A stretch of DNA of 32,000 nt from Candidatus Saccharimonadota bacterium (GTDB lineage Archaea > Micrarchaeota > Micrarchaeia > Micrarchaeales > Micrarchaeaceae), in assembly GCA_963705375.1 (NCBI GenBank), contig OY970071.1, positions 1,177,603-1,209,602 of the forward strand, written 5' to 3'. This document shows positions 6,901 to 14,780 of this stretch, in pieces; position 1 is the stretch's first letter; the number at the start of each line of letters is the position of its first letter. The translations under genes were made by a program, and so were the position numbers. Below the pieces are notes generated by a model. It did no database searches. It was given only the letters and a program-made list of their open reading frames with translations, and was not told where the DNA came from.

Positions 6901-9713
6901 CCACCTCTAGCGTTGCCGTAATGTCAGGCCAGACAGGTACTTCTCTGACTGTGCCAGGCGGAGCCACCGGAACATTTACCTATAATGTGGTCATAACAGA
7001 CTCCTACGGTGCGAAATCTTCATCGAATACAGGAAACGTTGTAGTCAATGTGTATGTTCCGGGCACCATCTCGGCGCCGACACCAAGTCTATCCGTATCT
7101 GATGTTGGGCAGTCCGTAGTTTACAATGCGGTCATAACCGGCGGTGCAGGGCCGTTCGTAGCTAACTTCGTATATTCCAATGGCACTGTCGCAAACACCT
7201 TGTTCGCCAACACTCTGATGAGCTCAAGTGCCAGGTCTTTGACATTCAATTCTATACATCTGTCAACAGGTACCTATACTTACAACATAGTGGTAACAGA
7301 TATCGACGCTCCACCATCTCCGTATGTGTTCAACTCAGTTTCTAACACGATGACTGTCAATCCTGCCTTAAGCTTTAATGTATCCCCGTTCTACAGCGTC
7401 ATAGATCCTGGCCAGAACGTTATCTTCACAAATTCGACAACCGGCGGGACCCCCCTATACACCTACACATACCTGACCAATGCCTCTACAACACCGTCCA
7501 ATAACGTTTACTCTTTCCCGACATCAGGCACATATTATGTTCTTGAGAAAATAACCGATGCTGCTGGCTCTAATGTTGTCCCGTTCAACTCTATCGTTTA
7601 TGTCAGGCCTGTCCTGAAAGTCTCGATCAGCCCACCAAATAGCGTGGTGACCGGTGACGGGCAGACGTACACGTTCTTTGCAAACGCCACTGGCGGAATC
7701 GGCCCGATGACATACACTTGGAACACCGGTGGCCTTACTGTACAATCAGGATGCGGGACATTGAGTTCTGTCTGTGTGGTCAGCACGACTGGTGCGGCGT
7801 CGGTGTCTCCTTACACAGTCAACGTACAGATCAGCGATTCTAAAGGATACGTTTCGAATACCGCACAGACCTCTCTGACTGTCGGCAGTGCGACTGCAGG
7901 TGAGATACTGCCAGGTAACGAGACGATAGAGAATGGTCAGAGCATTACCATGTCTGTGAACACCGTGTCATTGCCTGGCACAGGGCCTTACACCTATCAA
8001 TGGTACCTGAACGGCGCACCTGTAGGCACAAATTCGTCGTCTTACGTGTTCAATGGAAATTCCTCAACACTTGCAGTCTTTAATAATCAGCTCAGTGTTA
8101 CAATAACCAGTAACTCTATAAGTCCGATAACGTCACCGTCAGTCTATGTTGCTGTCCAGCCTGCTCTGTCGATAACCTCAATCTCACCATCGTCGACCGT
8201 CAACACTATCGTAGGCAATGGGATAATACCGATATCAGTCTCAACATCCGGCGGATTCGGCACTCTCAACTACTCATGGTCGATGCCAAACGGTGCCGCA
8301 TCATGCCCTGGCTACGTAAGCTCAGGTCCTACAGCTAACTCTTTCGTTTACTATCCGTCAGGAAACACCTCTTCCTGCATATTCTCTGTCAGCATCACAG
8401 ACTCTCTCGGCGGCGGACCGGTGACATCCAGCACTCAAACGATCAAGGTCGGAACTGCGCCTCCAGTCTCGATTACAACAACGATACCCCATGGAGGTGC
8501 TGGGTCGACCACCATAGCGCAGTCTTCAACTTCAGCAGCAGCACCGCAGATACAATTGACGCAAACAACCCTGCTCAGCAGCATAACTGCTGGAGCAACT
8601 AGCGTGTCTGCACTTGGCCTCAAGGATTCGGGAACCGTGCCGGAAGTCGTAAGCCTATCAGTTCCGAGTACCTATTCGAACTTCTTCAACCTTTCCGCAA
8701 CAAACTTCCTGTTGCAATCCGGCCAGAGCGTGCTGATAAACATGGCGTTCAACGCGACAAAGGTCGCTCCTGGCCTATACACGATACCTGTGAGCATATC
8801 CGCAACGACGAGCAGCAGCTCTTCCGTTGCGCGGAGCACACAGGTTATCACCTACAGCGTTGTGAATGTATCAAATCTTGACGTCGTAAGCCAGCAGTTG
8901 TACAGCAATAACAACGTTAGTGTGACAATAGCCATACACAACCCGAAGAATGTAAGCTTAAGGAACGCCACGCTTGAGGTTGTACTGCCGCCATATGTCG
9001 TCACAAACGCCTCACAAATAAAGGTGAATGGCAACGCGACGATAACGTTCGTTAACGGCCAGCCGCACATAACTTGGTCAGTACTCAACGCACCAAAGAA
9101 TGGCGCAGCGTTTGTTACTTTCAACATAGCAAAGCCGTCTAACTACCAGCTAATGACTTTGATGCAGAACTTACTCGTGGTGCCCTCTCCTGGCTCATTG
9201 CAGTTGCTGCAGGTGTTCGACATAAGTGTGCCGACATTGTACACCAGTTCAACGAACCAGATAACGCTGCAGGCGCTGTACACAGGATCGATAAACCAGG
9301 ATGTTGACTTCATACTGAGTTCGATAGGCGGCGACATCTCGATAACGAATCCATTATCGACAGTCTATGCGTATCCCCAAGAGCAATTGAACCGCAGCTT
9401 CACCATAATCACCCACAATTCTGTAGGTACTGGCACGTTCCTGCTCACTGTGAGAACGCTAGGCGCAGAGATAAACTACACAATACCTGTTATGATACTC
9501 CAGAAACCTACGCAGCATCCCGCAAGTGCTGCCGAAGTTCTTAGTGCCTTGGTGGCAAAGTATGGCCGGTATGTGCTGTATGCTTTTGTTGCCGTAGCTG
9601 TGGCTGCTCTAGCCCTCCGTGCGATAAACGAACGCCGCGGTGGAAAGAGGCACCGGTTCAACGAAGAGCTCAGAGAGGTCGGGGGCGAGCTGGCAAGGTC
9701 TAAAAAGTCATAG
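3933..9713 (+). CDS. Same surface-protein gene, segment 3 of 3: rest of repeat array, many PKD/Ig-like domains, conserved C-terminal module, TM anchor and basic tail
   Basis: Frame 3 resumes at the 1-nt insertion at 3930 (SSTWTTASNEIG...). Domain order:
- About 4360-5450: divergent domains with the motif I(D)NGQS..LTA...GG..PYTYQWY and paired Cys.
- 5454-7055: six 89-aa tandem domains.
- To about 8450: more Ig-like domains.
- A T/S/A/P linker.
- About 8640-9480: a C-terminal module homologous to the next gene.
- About 9570-9617: hydrophobic helix YVLYAFVAVAVAALAL.
- Then the tail RAINERRGGKRHRFNEELREVGGELARSKKS. Confidence 0.85.
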   Translation: MSSTWTTASNEIGTETANFVMKDSLSTSFNSVPSTSWTVYNTLSTLTTTGATIDNGQSNTITANWIGGAPNFAVTLFSGSSATCSSDTTVANTASGVSGQSTTFVVSPTSSTYYCIGVKDSASTAVSANQVTAVQITVNAALGMPLISPTTATIDNGQSISMTASETGGTIPYTYSWYAQTSCGGSVVNTGSSYSPSPSSTTTYSIKVTDNAGATSSCSSGTTVTVDTPSALLTVSNTIADSGQYEVLTATVTGGVGPYTVKFYNISKSAVFNTVSSVASSTTNAFVVSSPTNSNTFNWNVIVIDTTTSGSFTFNSPSNSFTVNTMLATPSISPSNPVFDNGQSTTLTAIETTSGTLPLSYQWYSDGACTTPISGQTGATYSPASSGTYSVKVTDSASTQASQCSSSDTVTISSSALSAGTVTESNTAIDVGQNSLLTANPSGGTAPYTYQWYSGTSPTGTLISGATSQTLLVSPSATTSYYASITDSATTHVTSNSISNTITVYNTPTVTITNPSLTEDVGQSVTFTTTNTPGSGSDTYQWYNTTSGIVQISGQTGTSLTVSGGAIGTFTYNVVITDSNGAKSTSGTGSVVVYALPTVTITNPSLTEDVGQSVTFTTTNTPGSGSDTYQWYNTTSGVVQISGQTGTSLTVSGGAIGTFTYNVVITDSNGKKATSGTGSVVVGNAPSVTITNPSLSEGVGQSVTFTTTNTPGSGSDTYRWYNTTSGVVAIPGQTGTSLTVSGGATGTFTYNVVITDSNGAKAASGTGTVVVTAAPTVTITNPSLAEGIGQSVTFTTTNTPGSGSDTYQWYNTTSGIVQISGQTGTSLTVSGGAIGTFTYNVIITDSHGLHSSSNTGTVVVTNAPTVTITNPSLNEDIGQSVTFTTTNTPGSGSDTYQWYNTTSGVAVMSGQTGTSLMVTGGATGTFAYNVVITDSVGKSATSNAGTVVVGNAPTVTITNPSLSEVVGQNVVFATTNTPGSGSDTYQWYNTTSSVAVMSGQTGTSLTVPGGATGTFTYNVVITDSYGAKSSSNTGNVVVNVYVPGTISAPTPSLSVSDVGQSVVYNAVITGGAGPFVANFVYSNGTVANTLFANTLMSSSARSLTFNSIHLSTGTYTYNIVVTDIDAPPSPYVFNSVSNTMTVNPALSFNVSPFYSVIDPGQNVIFTNSTTGGTPLYTYTYLTNASTTPSNNVYSFPTSGTYYVLEKITDAAGSNVVPFNSIVYVRPVLKVSISPPNSVVTGDGQTYTFFANATGGIGPMTYTWNTGGLTVQSGCGTLSSVCVVSTTGAASVSPYTVNVQISDSKGYVSNTAQTSLTVGSATAGEILPGNETIENGQSITMSVNTVSLPGTGPYTYQWYLNGAPVGTNSSSYVFNGNSSTLAVFNNQLSVTITSNSISPITSPSVYVAVQPALSITSISPSSTVNTIVGNGIIPISVSTSGGFGTLNYSWSMPNGAASCPGYVSSGPTANSFVYYPSGNTSSCIFSVSITDSLGGGPVTSSTQTIKVGTAPPVSITTTIPHGGAGSTTIAQSSTSAAAPQIQLTQTTLLSSITAGATSVSALGLKDSGTVPEVVSLSVPSTYSNFFNLSATNFLLQSGQSVLINMAFNATKVAPGLYTIPVSISATTSSSSSVARSTQVITYSVVNVSNLDVVSQQLYSNNNVSVTIAIHNPKNVSLRNATLEVVLPPYVVTNASQIKVNGNATITFVNGQPHITWSVLNAPKNGAAFVTFNIAKPSNYQLMTLMQNLLVVPSPGSLQLLQVFDISVPTLYTSSTNQITLQALYTGSINQDVDFILSSIGGDISITNPLSTVYAYPQEQLNRSFTIITHNSVGTGTFLLTVRTLGAEINYTIPVMILQKPTQHPASAAEVLSALVAKYGRYVLYAFVAVAVAALALRAINERRGGKRHRFNEELREVGGELARSKKS
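5454..7055 (+). repeat. 267-bp (89-codon) coding tandem repeat, 6 copies
   Basis: ccgaccgtgacaatcaccaac occurs at 5454 and again at 5721 (267 nt apart). There are six consecutive units of the form P(T/S)VTITNPSL.E..GQSVTFTTTNTPGSGSDTYQWYNTTSG.....GQTGTSLTV.GGA.GTFTYNV(V/I)ITDS.G......G.VVV. Confidence 0.95.
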
Positions 9714-9753
9714 GCCTGACGCTTACTAGCATTGCGAAGACCCTACGAAAACT

Positions 9754-9761
9754 ATAAAAAC
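9754..9761 (+). promoter_or_regulatory. Putative TATA box for the 9790 gene
   Basis: tataaaaa lies about 32 nt upstream of the ATG at 9790, in a 76-nt intergenic spacer. The spacing matches the other TATA-to-ATG distances in this window. Confidence 0.4.
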
Positions 9762-9789
9762 CAAGCCTGGACTTAAATAGCTGAGATAG

Positions 9790-11934
9790 ATGAGATACTA
9801 CCTGCTAATTACATATGCCATATTCTCTCTTCTGCTCGTTCCATGCCTTGCCTTGACCGGTCAGTCTGCTCTGGCAGGCACTACTAAAGTGGTGACATCA
9901 TGCCCTATATATCTCTCATCCCAGTTTTCGCCACTATATTTGCACGCTTCCAACATAGCGCTCAATTATACGATCTTTACCGGCTCAACGTGCTATGCTC
10001 CAAACCTGAAAGGCGTGCTCGCTGTTTATCATGCAAATAACGGTTCCGTAGCGTATACAACAAACAATGTCCCTCTCTACCTGGTCGACAACACCCCTGC
10101 AAGTCTCAGCATACCTGTAACGACTGCAACGCCTCTTCCAGAAGGCAGTTATGAAGCGACTCTAAATATTTCATTAAACAAATCATCTACTCTGACTACT
10201 TCCGAATTCAACGTATTCAATCCTGCCGATGTCATATTGAAGAACTTCTCAATAACCCAGGAACCACTATTCCAAAGAACGCAGGCTGTGTTTGTCCTGG
10301 GAATACTGAACAATGGCAGCCTCGCTTCAGGGCCTATTGTGCTGTACCTGAACGTGTCTGGCCCCAGGAACTATAATATTACTGAGAGCATTGACCCGCT
10401 CGCCTCTGGCCAGTCTGAGCAAATCGCACTTGTGTTGAAAAATATAACAGACGTAGCGGGGTCATATTCTGCAAGCGTCAGCGCGGTTCAAGCCTTCAAC
10501 ACCACAAGAACTAGCTCGAATACTGCCTCATTAACATATAATGTGACCGTGCCTCAACAGCAGCAAGCGTCAAACTCTTCCTACGTGTTCAATACAGTAG
10601 TGCCTCTGGAGTATTCGGCAATATCGCAATTTCCTTTCTATCTGCAGCTAGCACCAGGTGTCCTTTCCGGCTACAACATCGGTTTCGAGAATACTCAAAG
10701 CCAGACTGAGACGTTCTCTATTGTTGCACCTAGCGCGTTCAAGGATGTGATTAGCCTCTCGGCCAAAAATGTATCGTTACCTGCCGGTCAGATCATCGAG
10801 ATCCAATCCCTTTTGAACGTAAAGAGCACGATGCTCCCTGGAACATACTATGTGCCGCTCGACGTAAGTGTCGGGCTCAACAGCGGCAGGGTCTACTCTG
10901 CCGTACAGCCACTCAATTTCCAGGTGCTGTACCCGACAAACAGCATAGACTCCAGAACACAGATATTGGCAAGCACCACAAATACGCTGCTGAACCGTGC
11001 TTCAGTGTCCATAACTGCCTATAGCCCTCTAAACGAGACGCTGAATAATGTCACGCTGATAACCACGCTCCCAAGGAACACGATCTCGAATCTCTCACAA
11101 CTGGGCACGTCAGCGCAAGGAGGTAACGCGACGATGGCTGGAAACACGGCCTCGATATCGTGGTTCATCCCGACAATCTTTGCAGGGCAGATTTCGACAG
11201 TGTATTACTTCATTTCAAACCCAAACAACATAATCACGTTGCCCTATGCGCAAGAGCTTTTGATAATTCCCTCATTCCCAAACATTAGCAGCATGATAAA
11301 AACAGTGAAGATATCTAACCTCACTCTGTTGACCAATCTGATAGGGCAAGAAAACATCTCATTCTTCTATACTGGCTCACAACCGCAGAACATCACCGTT
11401 TCATTGATTCCAAAGAGCTATGTCTCTGTTACGCGCCCTCAAAAAGTTTATGCTATGCCTAACCAACGCATAGAGCGCACTTTTAACATATCGAGCGAAG
11501 TAACTGGCACGTTCGTGTTAACTGCCGAGATCGCCACTTCAAACGCCAGCATATCGTACAAGACTTCCGCCATATTCTTACCCCCTGCCACTACTACCAC
11601 AATTAATCAAACAACGTCGATTCCGATTGACGTCGTATCGCCTGCTGAAAAATTTGTGGCGCAGTACGGCGATGAAATCCTAAAAATACTGATTTATTTT
11701 GTGGCTTTTGCTATTGTCGTAGTGCTCTTGGTGGAGTTGTCATTGCTTTACCTGAAGCATACGAAAAAAGTGCGAGACGAGAGGCTTCTCGGAAAGGTAG
11801 AAAGTGCCTTAGAGACGGATGAACGCTCTAGGCAGAAAGAACGTATCTATGCTAGGCCTAGAAGAAAAAAGGTCTCGAAGAAGAATAGCGAGCCAAAACA
11901 CAAAATAAACAATAAGCGGCGCAGGAAGCGGTAA
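9790..11934 (+). CDS. Secreted/membrane-anchored surface (glyco)protein, paralogous in its C-terminal half to the preceding giant protein
   Basis: N-terminal hydrophobic signal/anchor YLLITYAIFSLLLVPCLALTGQSALA. About 24 N-x-S/T sequons by my count. The C-terminal roughly 400 aa align with the end of the upstream protein: TFSIVAPSAFKDVISLSAKNVSLPAGQ..LPGTYYVPLDVSV vs VVSLSVPSTYSNFFNLSATNFLLQSGQ..APGLYTIPVSISA, and RTFNISSEVTGTFVLTAEI vs RSFTIITHNSVGTGTFLLTVRT. TM helix ILKILIYFVAFAIVVVLLVELSLLYL, followed by a K/R-rich tail ending KRRRKR. Confidence 0.85.
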   Translation: MRYYLLITYAIFSLLLVPCLALTGQSALAGTTKVVTSCPIYLSSQFSPLYLHASNIALNYTIFTGSTCYAPNLKGVLAVYHANNGSVAYTTNNVPLYLVDNTPASLSIPVTTATPLPEGSYEATLNISLNKSSTLTTSEFNVFNPADVILKNFSITQEPLFQRTQAVFVLGILNNGSLASGPIVLYLNVSGPRNYNITESIDPLASGQSEQIALVLKNITDVAGSYSASVSAVQAFNTTRTSSNTASLTYNVTVPQQQQASNSSYVFNTVVPLEYSAISQFPFYLQLAPGVLSGYNIGFENTQSQTETFSIVAPSAFKDVISLSAKNVSLPAGQIIEIQSLLNVKSTMLPGTYYVPLDVSVGLNSGRVYSAVQPLNFQVLYPTNSIDSRTQILASTTNTLLNRASVSITAYSPLNETLNNVTLITTLPRNTISNLSQLGTSAQGGNATMAGNTASISWFIPTIFAGQISTVYYFISNPNNIITLPYAQELLIIPSFPNISSMIKTVKISNLTLLTNLIGQENISFFYTGSQPQNITVSLIPKSYVSVTRPQKVYAMPNQRIERTFNISSEVTGTFVLTAEIATSNASISYKTSAIFLPPATTTTINQTTSIPIDVVSPAEKFVAQYGDEILKILIYFVAFAIVVVLLVELSLLYLKHTKKVRDERLLGKVESALETDERSRQKERIYARPRRKKVSKKNSEPKHKINNKRRRKR

Positions 11935-11986
11935 ACTAAAAAAAGACATGCTTATATCTTTTATGGTTGATGCTTAATATGGTTAT

Positions 11987-12484
11987 ATGGGTGGGGATAT
12001 AGTTTATTTGGACGTAGACAGACGCGCCTTAAAAGACATAAAATATATTAGGCTTAAGACCATACTCTCCACCGTGGGTAGCATTTCTACGGGTGTGCTG
12101 CAGATGTCTCTATTGAAACTTATCGGCGCACCACAATTCAAAGGCAAGGTGTCAGGCGAATGTGTGCGATACTTATATGCTTCTGCCTTCTTGAGCTTTG
12201 CCGGTAGGGAAATAAACAAAAAATCCCTTAGTTCTGTGCTAAAAAGTGTGGGCATAAAGCCGAAAGAAGAATGCATAAATACCTTCCTAAAGACTGGCAT
12301 CGAGAGCCATTTGGTGTATTTATACGCATATTATTTCCTACTTGCTAATAGGCTAGCGGCCTCTGACGAAAACATGTCCGGAGTGATAAAATCTCTTGGA
12401 ATGAAACCCGATAAAGAACGGATAAATGCCGCGCGCGGTTTTGTACGGATATACCCATTCACACCTGCCCCGAAAATACGATAG
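11987..12484 (+). CDS. Protein made of tandem ribosomal stalk P1/aL12 N-terminal-domain-like repeats, lacking hinge and acidic tail
   Basis: Residues 60-102 (VRYLYASAFLSFAGREINKKSLSSVLKSVGIKPKEECINTFLK) and 109-152 (LVYLYAYYFLLANRLAASDENMSGVIKSLGMKPDKERINAARGF) resemble the archaeal P1 N-domain pattern MEY(I/V)YAALLLH.AGKEI.EEN(I/L)K.VL.AAG(I/V).V.E.R.KA. A weaker third copy lies at 19-49. ATG start with ttatat about 30 nt upstream. Confidence 0.55.
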   Translation: MGGDIVYLDVDRRALKDIKYIRLKTILSTVGSISTGVLQMSLLKLIGAPQFKGKVSGECVRYLYASAFLSFAGREINKKSLSSVLKSVGIKPKEECINTFLKTGIESHLVYLYAYYFLLANRLAASDENMSGVIKSLGMKPDKERINAARGFVRIYPFTPAPKIR

Positions 12485-12491
12485 GACTGCC

Positions 12492-12498
12492 TTTTTTT
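12492..12498 (+). terminator. Oligo-T tract after the 11987 gene
   Basis: A ttttttt tract lies 8 nt past the TAG at 12482-12484. Archaeal transcription typically terminates at oligo-T tracts. Confidence 0.35.
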
Positions 12499-12569
12499 GG
12501 TGTTCGACGGTTTGTGCTTTCTGTTATGCTTTTGTGTAAAGCGTGCAGAAGAATGCGTATTGTATTTGT

Positions 12570-13340
12570 TTATCGTAGATGCAGTCTGCCCTGCTGCTTC
12601 TGCTGTACTGCGTTGTTACCGCCATTGATCCTGCTGGCATAGGACTTTGCCAATTCCTTCATAAGAACGGAAAACTTGCTGCTGGGTGCAAGCAGGCATG
12701 CAGGTATGTGCTCTGCTATGCTCGTGGGGACTATGTCGTCCATGGGCAGTTTTGATAGCACCTTGCTCTTGTATGTGTCCTCTATCTCGTCTGTTGTCAG
12801 CTCGTATTTCTTATTTGTGATTTTGTTGACGGCAACCATGTGCTTTAGTTTGACCGAGTTGTATTCTAGTGCAAGCCTTAGCACGCTTGTGCAGGCGGGT
12901 ATGTTTGGCGTGGTTACTATCAATGCTTCGTCGTAGTTGCCGTGGTAGTCTTCATCAGCAGTTATGCCTGGCGCAGTATCGCATATCACGAAGTCATACG
13001 GCAGTTTCTTGAGTTTCTTAAAAAGACTGTTCATGTTCTTATTTGTAGGCAACGCTGCAGCAGTCCTTATTCTTCCTGGAAGCACGCGTATGCCTGATGG
13101 TACATGGGGTATTATCACTGTGTTTAAATGCGCCTTGCCGTGCACTGCATCAACAAAGCCCTCACTGACTAGATCAAGGCCGAGATGTAAACCTACGCTA
13201 GGATTGGTTATATCCGTATCTATAAGCAATACTTTATGACCTAAAACACACAGGCTCGAAGCCAGATTTACTGCTACTGTCGTTTTACCGACACCGCCCT
13301 TCTGAGATGCGACTCTTATGAAATAAGGTTGCGTGTTCAC
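12570..13340 (-). CDS. MinD/ParA/Mrp-family P-loop ATPase (possible ATPase-type hydrogenase nickel-insertion factor)
   Basis: Deviant Walker A motif SQKGGVGKTTVAVNLA, then VLLIDTD and a Walker B-like DFVICDTAPG. Length 256 aa. It lies 117 nt downstream of, and on the same strand as, the hydrogenase large subunit. Confidence 0.85.
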   Translation of the reverse strand: MNTQPYFIRVASQKGGVGKTTVAVNLASSLCVLGHKVLLIDTDITNPSVGLHLGLDLVSEGFVDAVHGKAHLNTVIIPHVPSGIRVLPGRIRTAAALPTNKNMNSLFKKLKKLPYDFVICDTAPGITADEDYHGNYDEALIVTTPNIPACTSVLRLALEYNSVKLKHMVAVNKITNKKYELTTDEIEDTYKSKVLSKLPMDDIVPTSIAEHIPACLLAPSSKFSVLMKELAKSYASRINGGNNAVQQKQQGRLHLR

Positions 13341-13457
13341 CCAGATACCCTGATTGGCCGTCTTTACGTGTTTAATGTGAACACAACACTTATAAATATG
13401 CCTTTTGGGCCATACCGCGCATCAGTGCTGTGCATTTCTGCACTTCATTTTGCTTCT

Positions 13458-14780
13458 TTACGCCTTCAAACCTTGTATATTTATCTTAAGGAAGTGGCTT
13501 GCGCAGCTCATGCACGGGTCATATGCCCGTATCAGCTTCTCTATCTCGAGCTCTATGTTCTTGTTGCCGTCATTTATGTTCGCTTCGACAAGCTCAAGTA
13601 CGCTCTTCTCCATGCATATCTGGTTCTGCTGCGTCGGCACTATTATGTTGCCGTACTGGATCTTGCCCGTCTTGTCCACAGAGAGCATGTAGTACAGGGT
13701 GCCTCTTGGGGCCTCGATCAGGCCGACGCCCTCCCCTGCCTTAACAGCTATTGCCGGCTTCGGCTCATTTTTGAATTCGCTTGCTTCTAAGAGGTCTATG
13801 GAACTGTCTATCGAGTGCAGTATTTCTATGGATTGTGCGAGGTTGTTGTGGAATATGTTCTTCGATGGGAATGCGCCAATGAATTTTGAAGCATCGGACT
13901 TTGTCCTGCTGTTCAGGTTTTCCCTATTCATGTTCATTCGTGCCAGTGCCCCGACCATGAACTCTTCTCCCGAAAAGCTGTAGCCTGTGGCTTGAGAGTA
14001 AGGTATTATGACCCTGTTCAGGAAATCCCAATAGCTTTCTTTCGGTATTGTTATTCCTTTCGAGTCCATGACCTCGCCGCCCATGAAGGCGTAGTCCTTC
14101 GGAGCCATTGAGACGAAATTCGTGTCGCGCTCTAGCTTGAAATCGCAGTTGTAGAACATCTCTATGAACTCTATCACGTCATCTCTGACCGATTTCAGCT
14201 CTTTGATCACTATGGCTACCTGCTCGTTGTTCGGTATGTTGGAGAATGACCCTACCTGTGCGTATGTCGCATGCACAGCCCTCCCCGCTATCACTTTCGA
14301 CAGGTTGTTTCCGGAGCTCTTTATCGCGAATGCCTTCTTCAGCATCTCGTCCTGTGACTTGTCGAAATCGAGTATCGAGTCTTTTCCTAAAAGGTCAGGC
14401 AGGCAAAACATGAAAAGGTGCAGCGCATGGTCCCTTATCGTCAGTCCGTAAAGCGAAAGCTTCCTGAGCAGTAGCGTCTGGTCTGTGGGCGTGTAGCCGA
14501 TTGCGTGCTCTACAGCTTCAGAACAGCAGGTAAGGTGCGCTATGCTGCACGTGCCACATATCCTTGACGTGAGCATCGGCAGCGCCATGGCGGGCTTTCC
14601 AAGTATCGCTTGGGCATAGAATCGCTTGTTTTCCGTTATCTTGAGCTTTACGTATGCCACCTTTCCGTCCTTGATCTTGATGTCAAGGCTTCCGTGGCCC
14701 TCTATCTTGCTAAGCTTGTCCAGATGCATGATCCCGTCTTTATGGAGCGATCCTGCGCCCGAGTACTCGTCAATGTGCAT
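13458..14780 (-). CDS. [NiFe]-hydrogenase large (catalytic) subunit, group-3-like
   Basis: N-terminal Ni-binding motif RICGTCSIAH. C-terminal motif DPCMSCASH, followed by an 11-aa extension (FLKINIQGLKA) of the kind removed by a maturation protease. IEGHG lies near the N-terminus. The preferred start is the ATG at 14780 (MHIDEYSG...), which overlaps the small-subunit stop by 11 nt. The ATG at 14729 (MHLDKLSKIEGHG) is an alternative. The track ORF extends to 14864, deep inside the upstream gene. Confidence 0.9.
   Translation of the reverse strand: MHIDEYSGAGSLHKDGIMHLDKLSKIEGHGSLDIKIKDGKVAYVKLKITENKRFYAQAILGKPAMALPMLTSRICGTCSIAHLTCCSEAVEHAIGYTPTDQTLLLRKLSLYGLTIRDHALHLFMFCLPDLLGKDSILDFDKSQDEMLKKAFAIKSSGNNLSKVIAGRAVHATYAQVGSFSNIPNNEQVAIVIKELKSVRDDVIEFIEMFYNCDFKLERDTNFVSMAPKDYAFMGGEVMDSKGITIPKESYWDFLNRVIIPYSQATGYSFSGEEFMVGALARMNMNRENLNSRTKSDASKFIGAFPSKNIFHNNLAQSIEILHSIDSSIDLLEASEFKNEPKPAIAVKAGEGVGLIEAPRGTLYYMLSVDKTGKIQYGNIIVPTQQNQICMEKSVLELVEANINDGNKNIELEIEKLIRAYDPCMSCASHFLKINIQGLKA

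Noticed and set aside
1-7055. Whether the tandem repeats could be a CRISPR array or a diversity-generating retroelement target.
   Set aside because: The units are 594 and 267 bp, contiguous without spacers, and in-frame coding. There are no cas genes, reverse transcriptase or template repeat in the window. Differences between copies are not restricted to adenine positions.
9555-9713. PGF-CTERM / archaeosortase-type or other sorting signal at the C-terminus of the surface proteins.
   Set aside because: No PGF (or similar) tripeptide precedes the hydrophobic helix. The architecture is a plain TM helix followed by a long basic tail in both paralogues.
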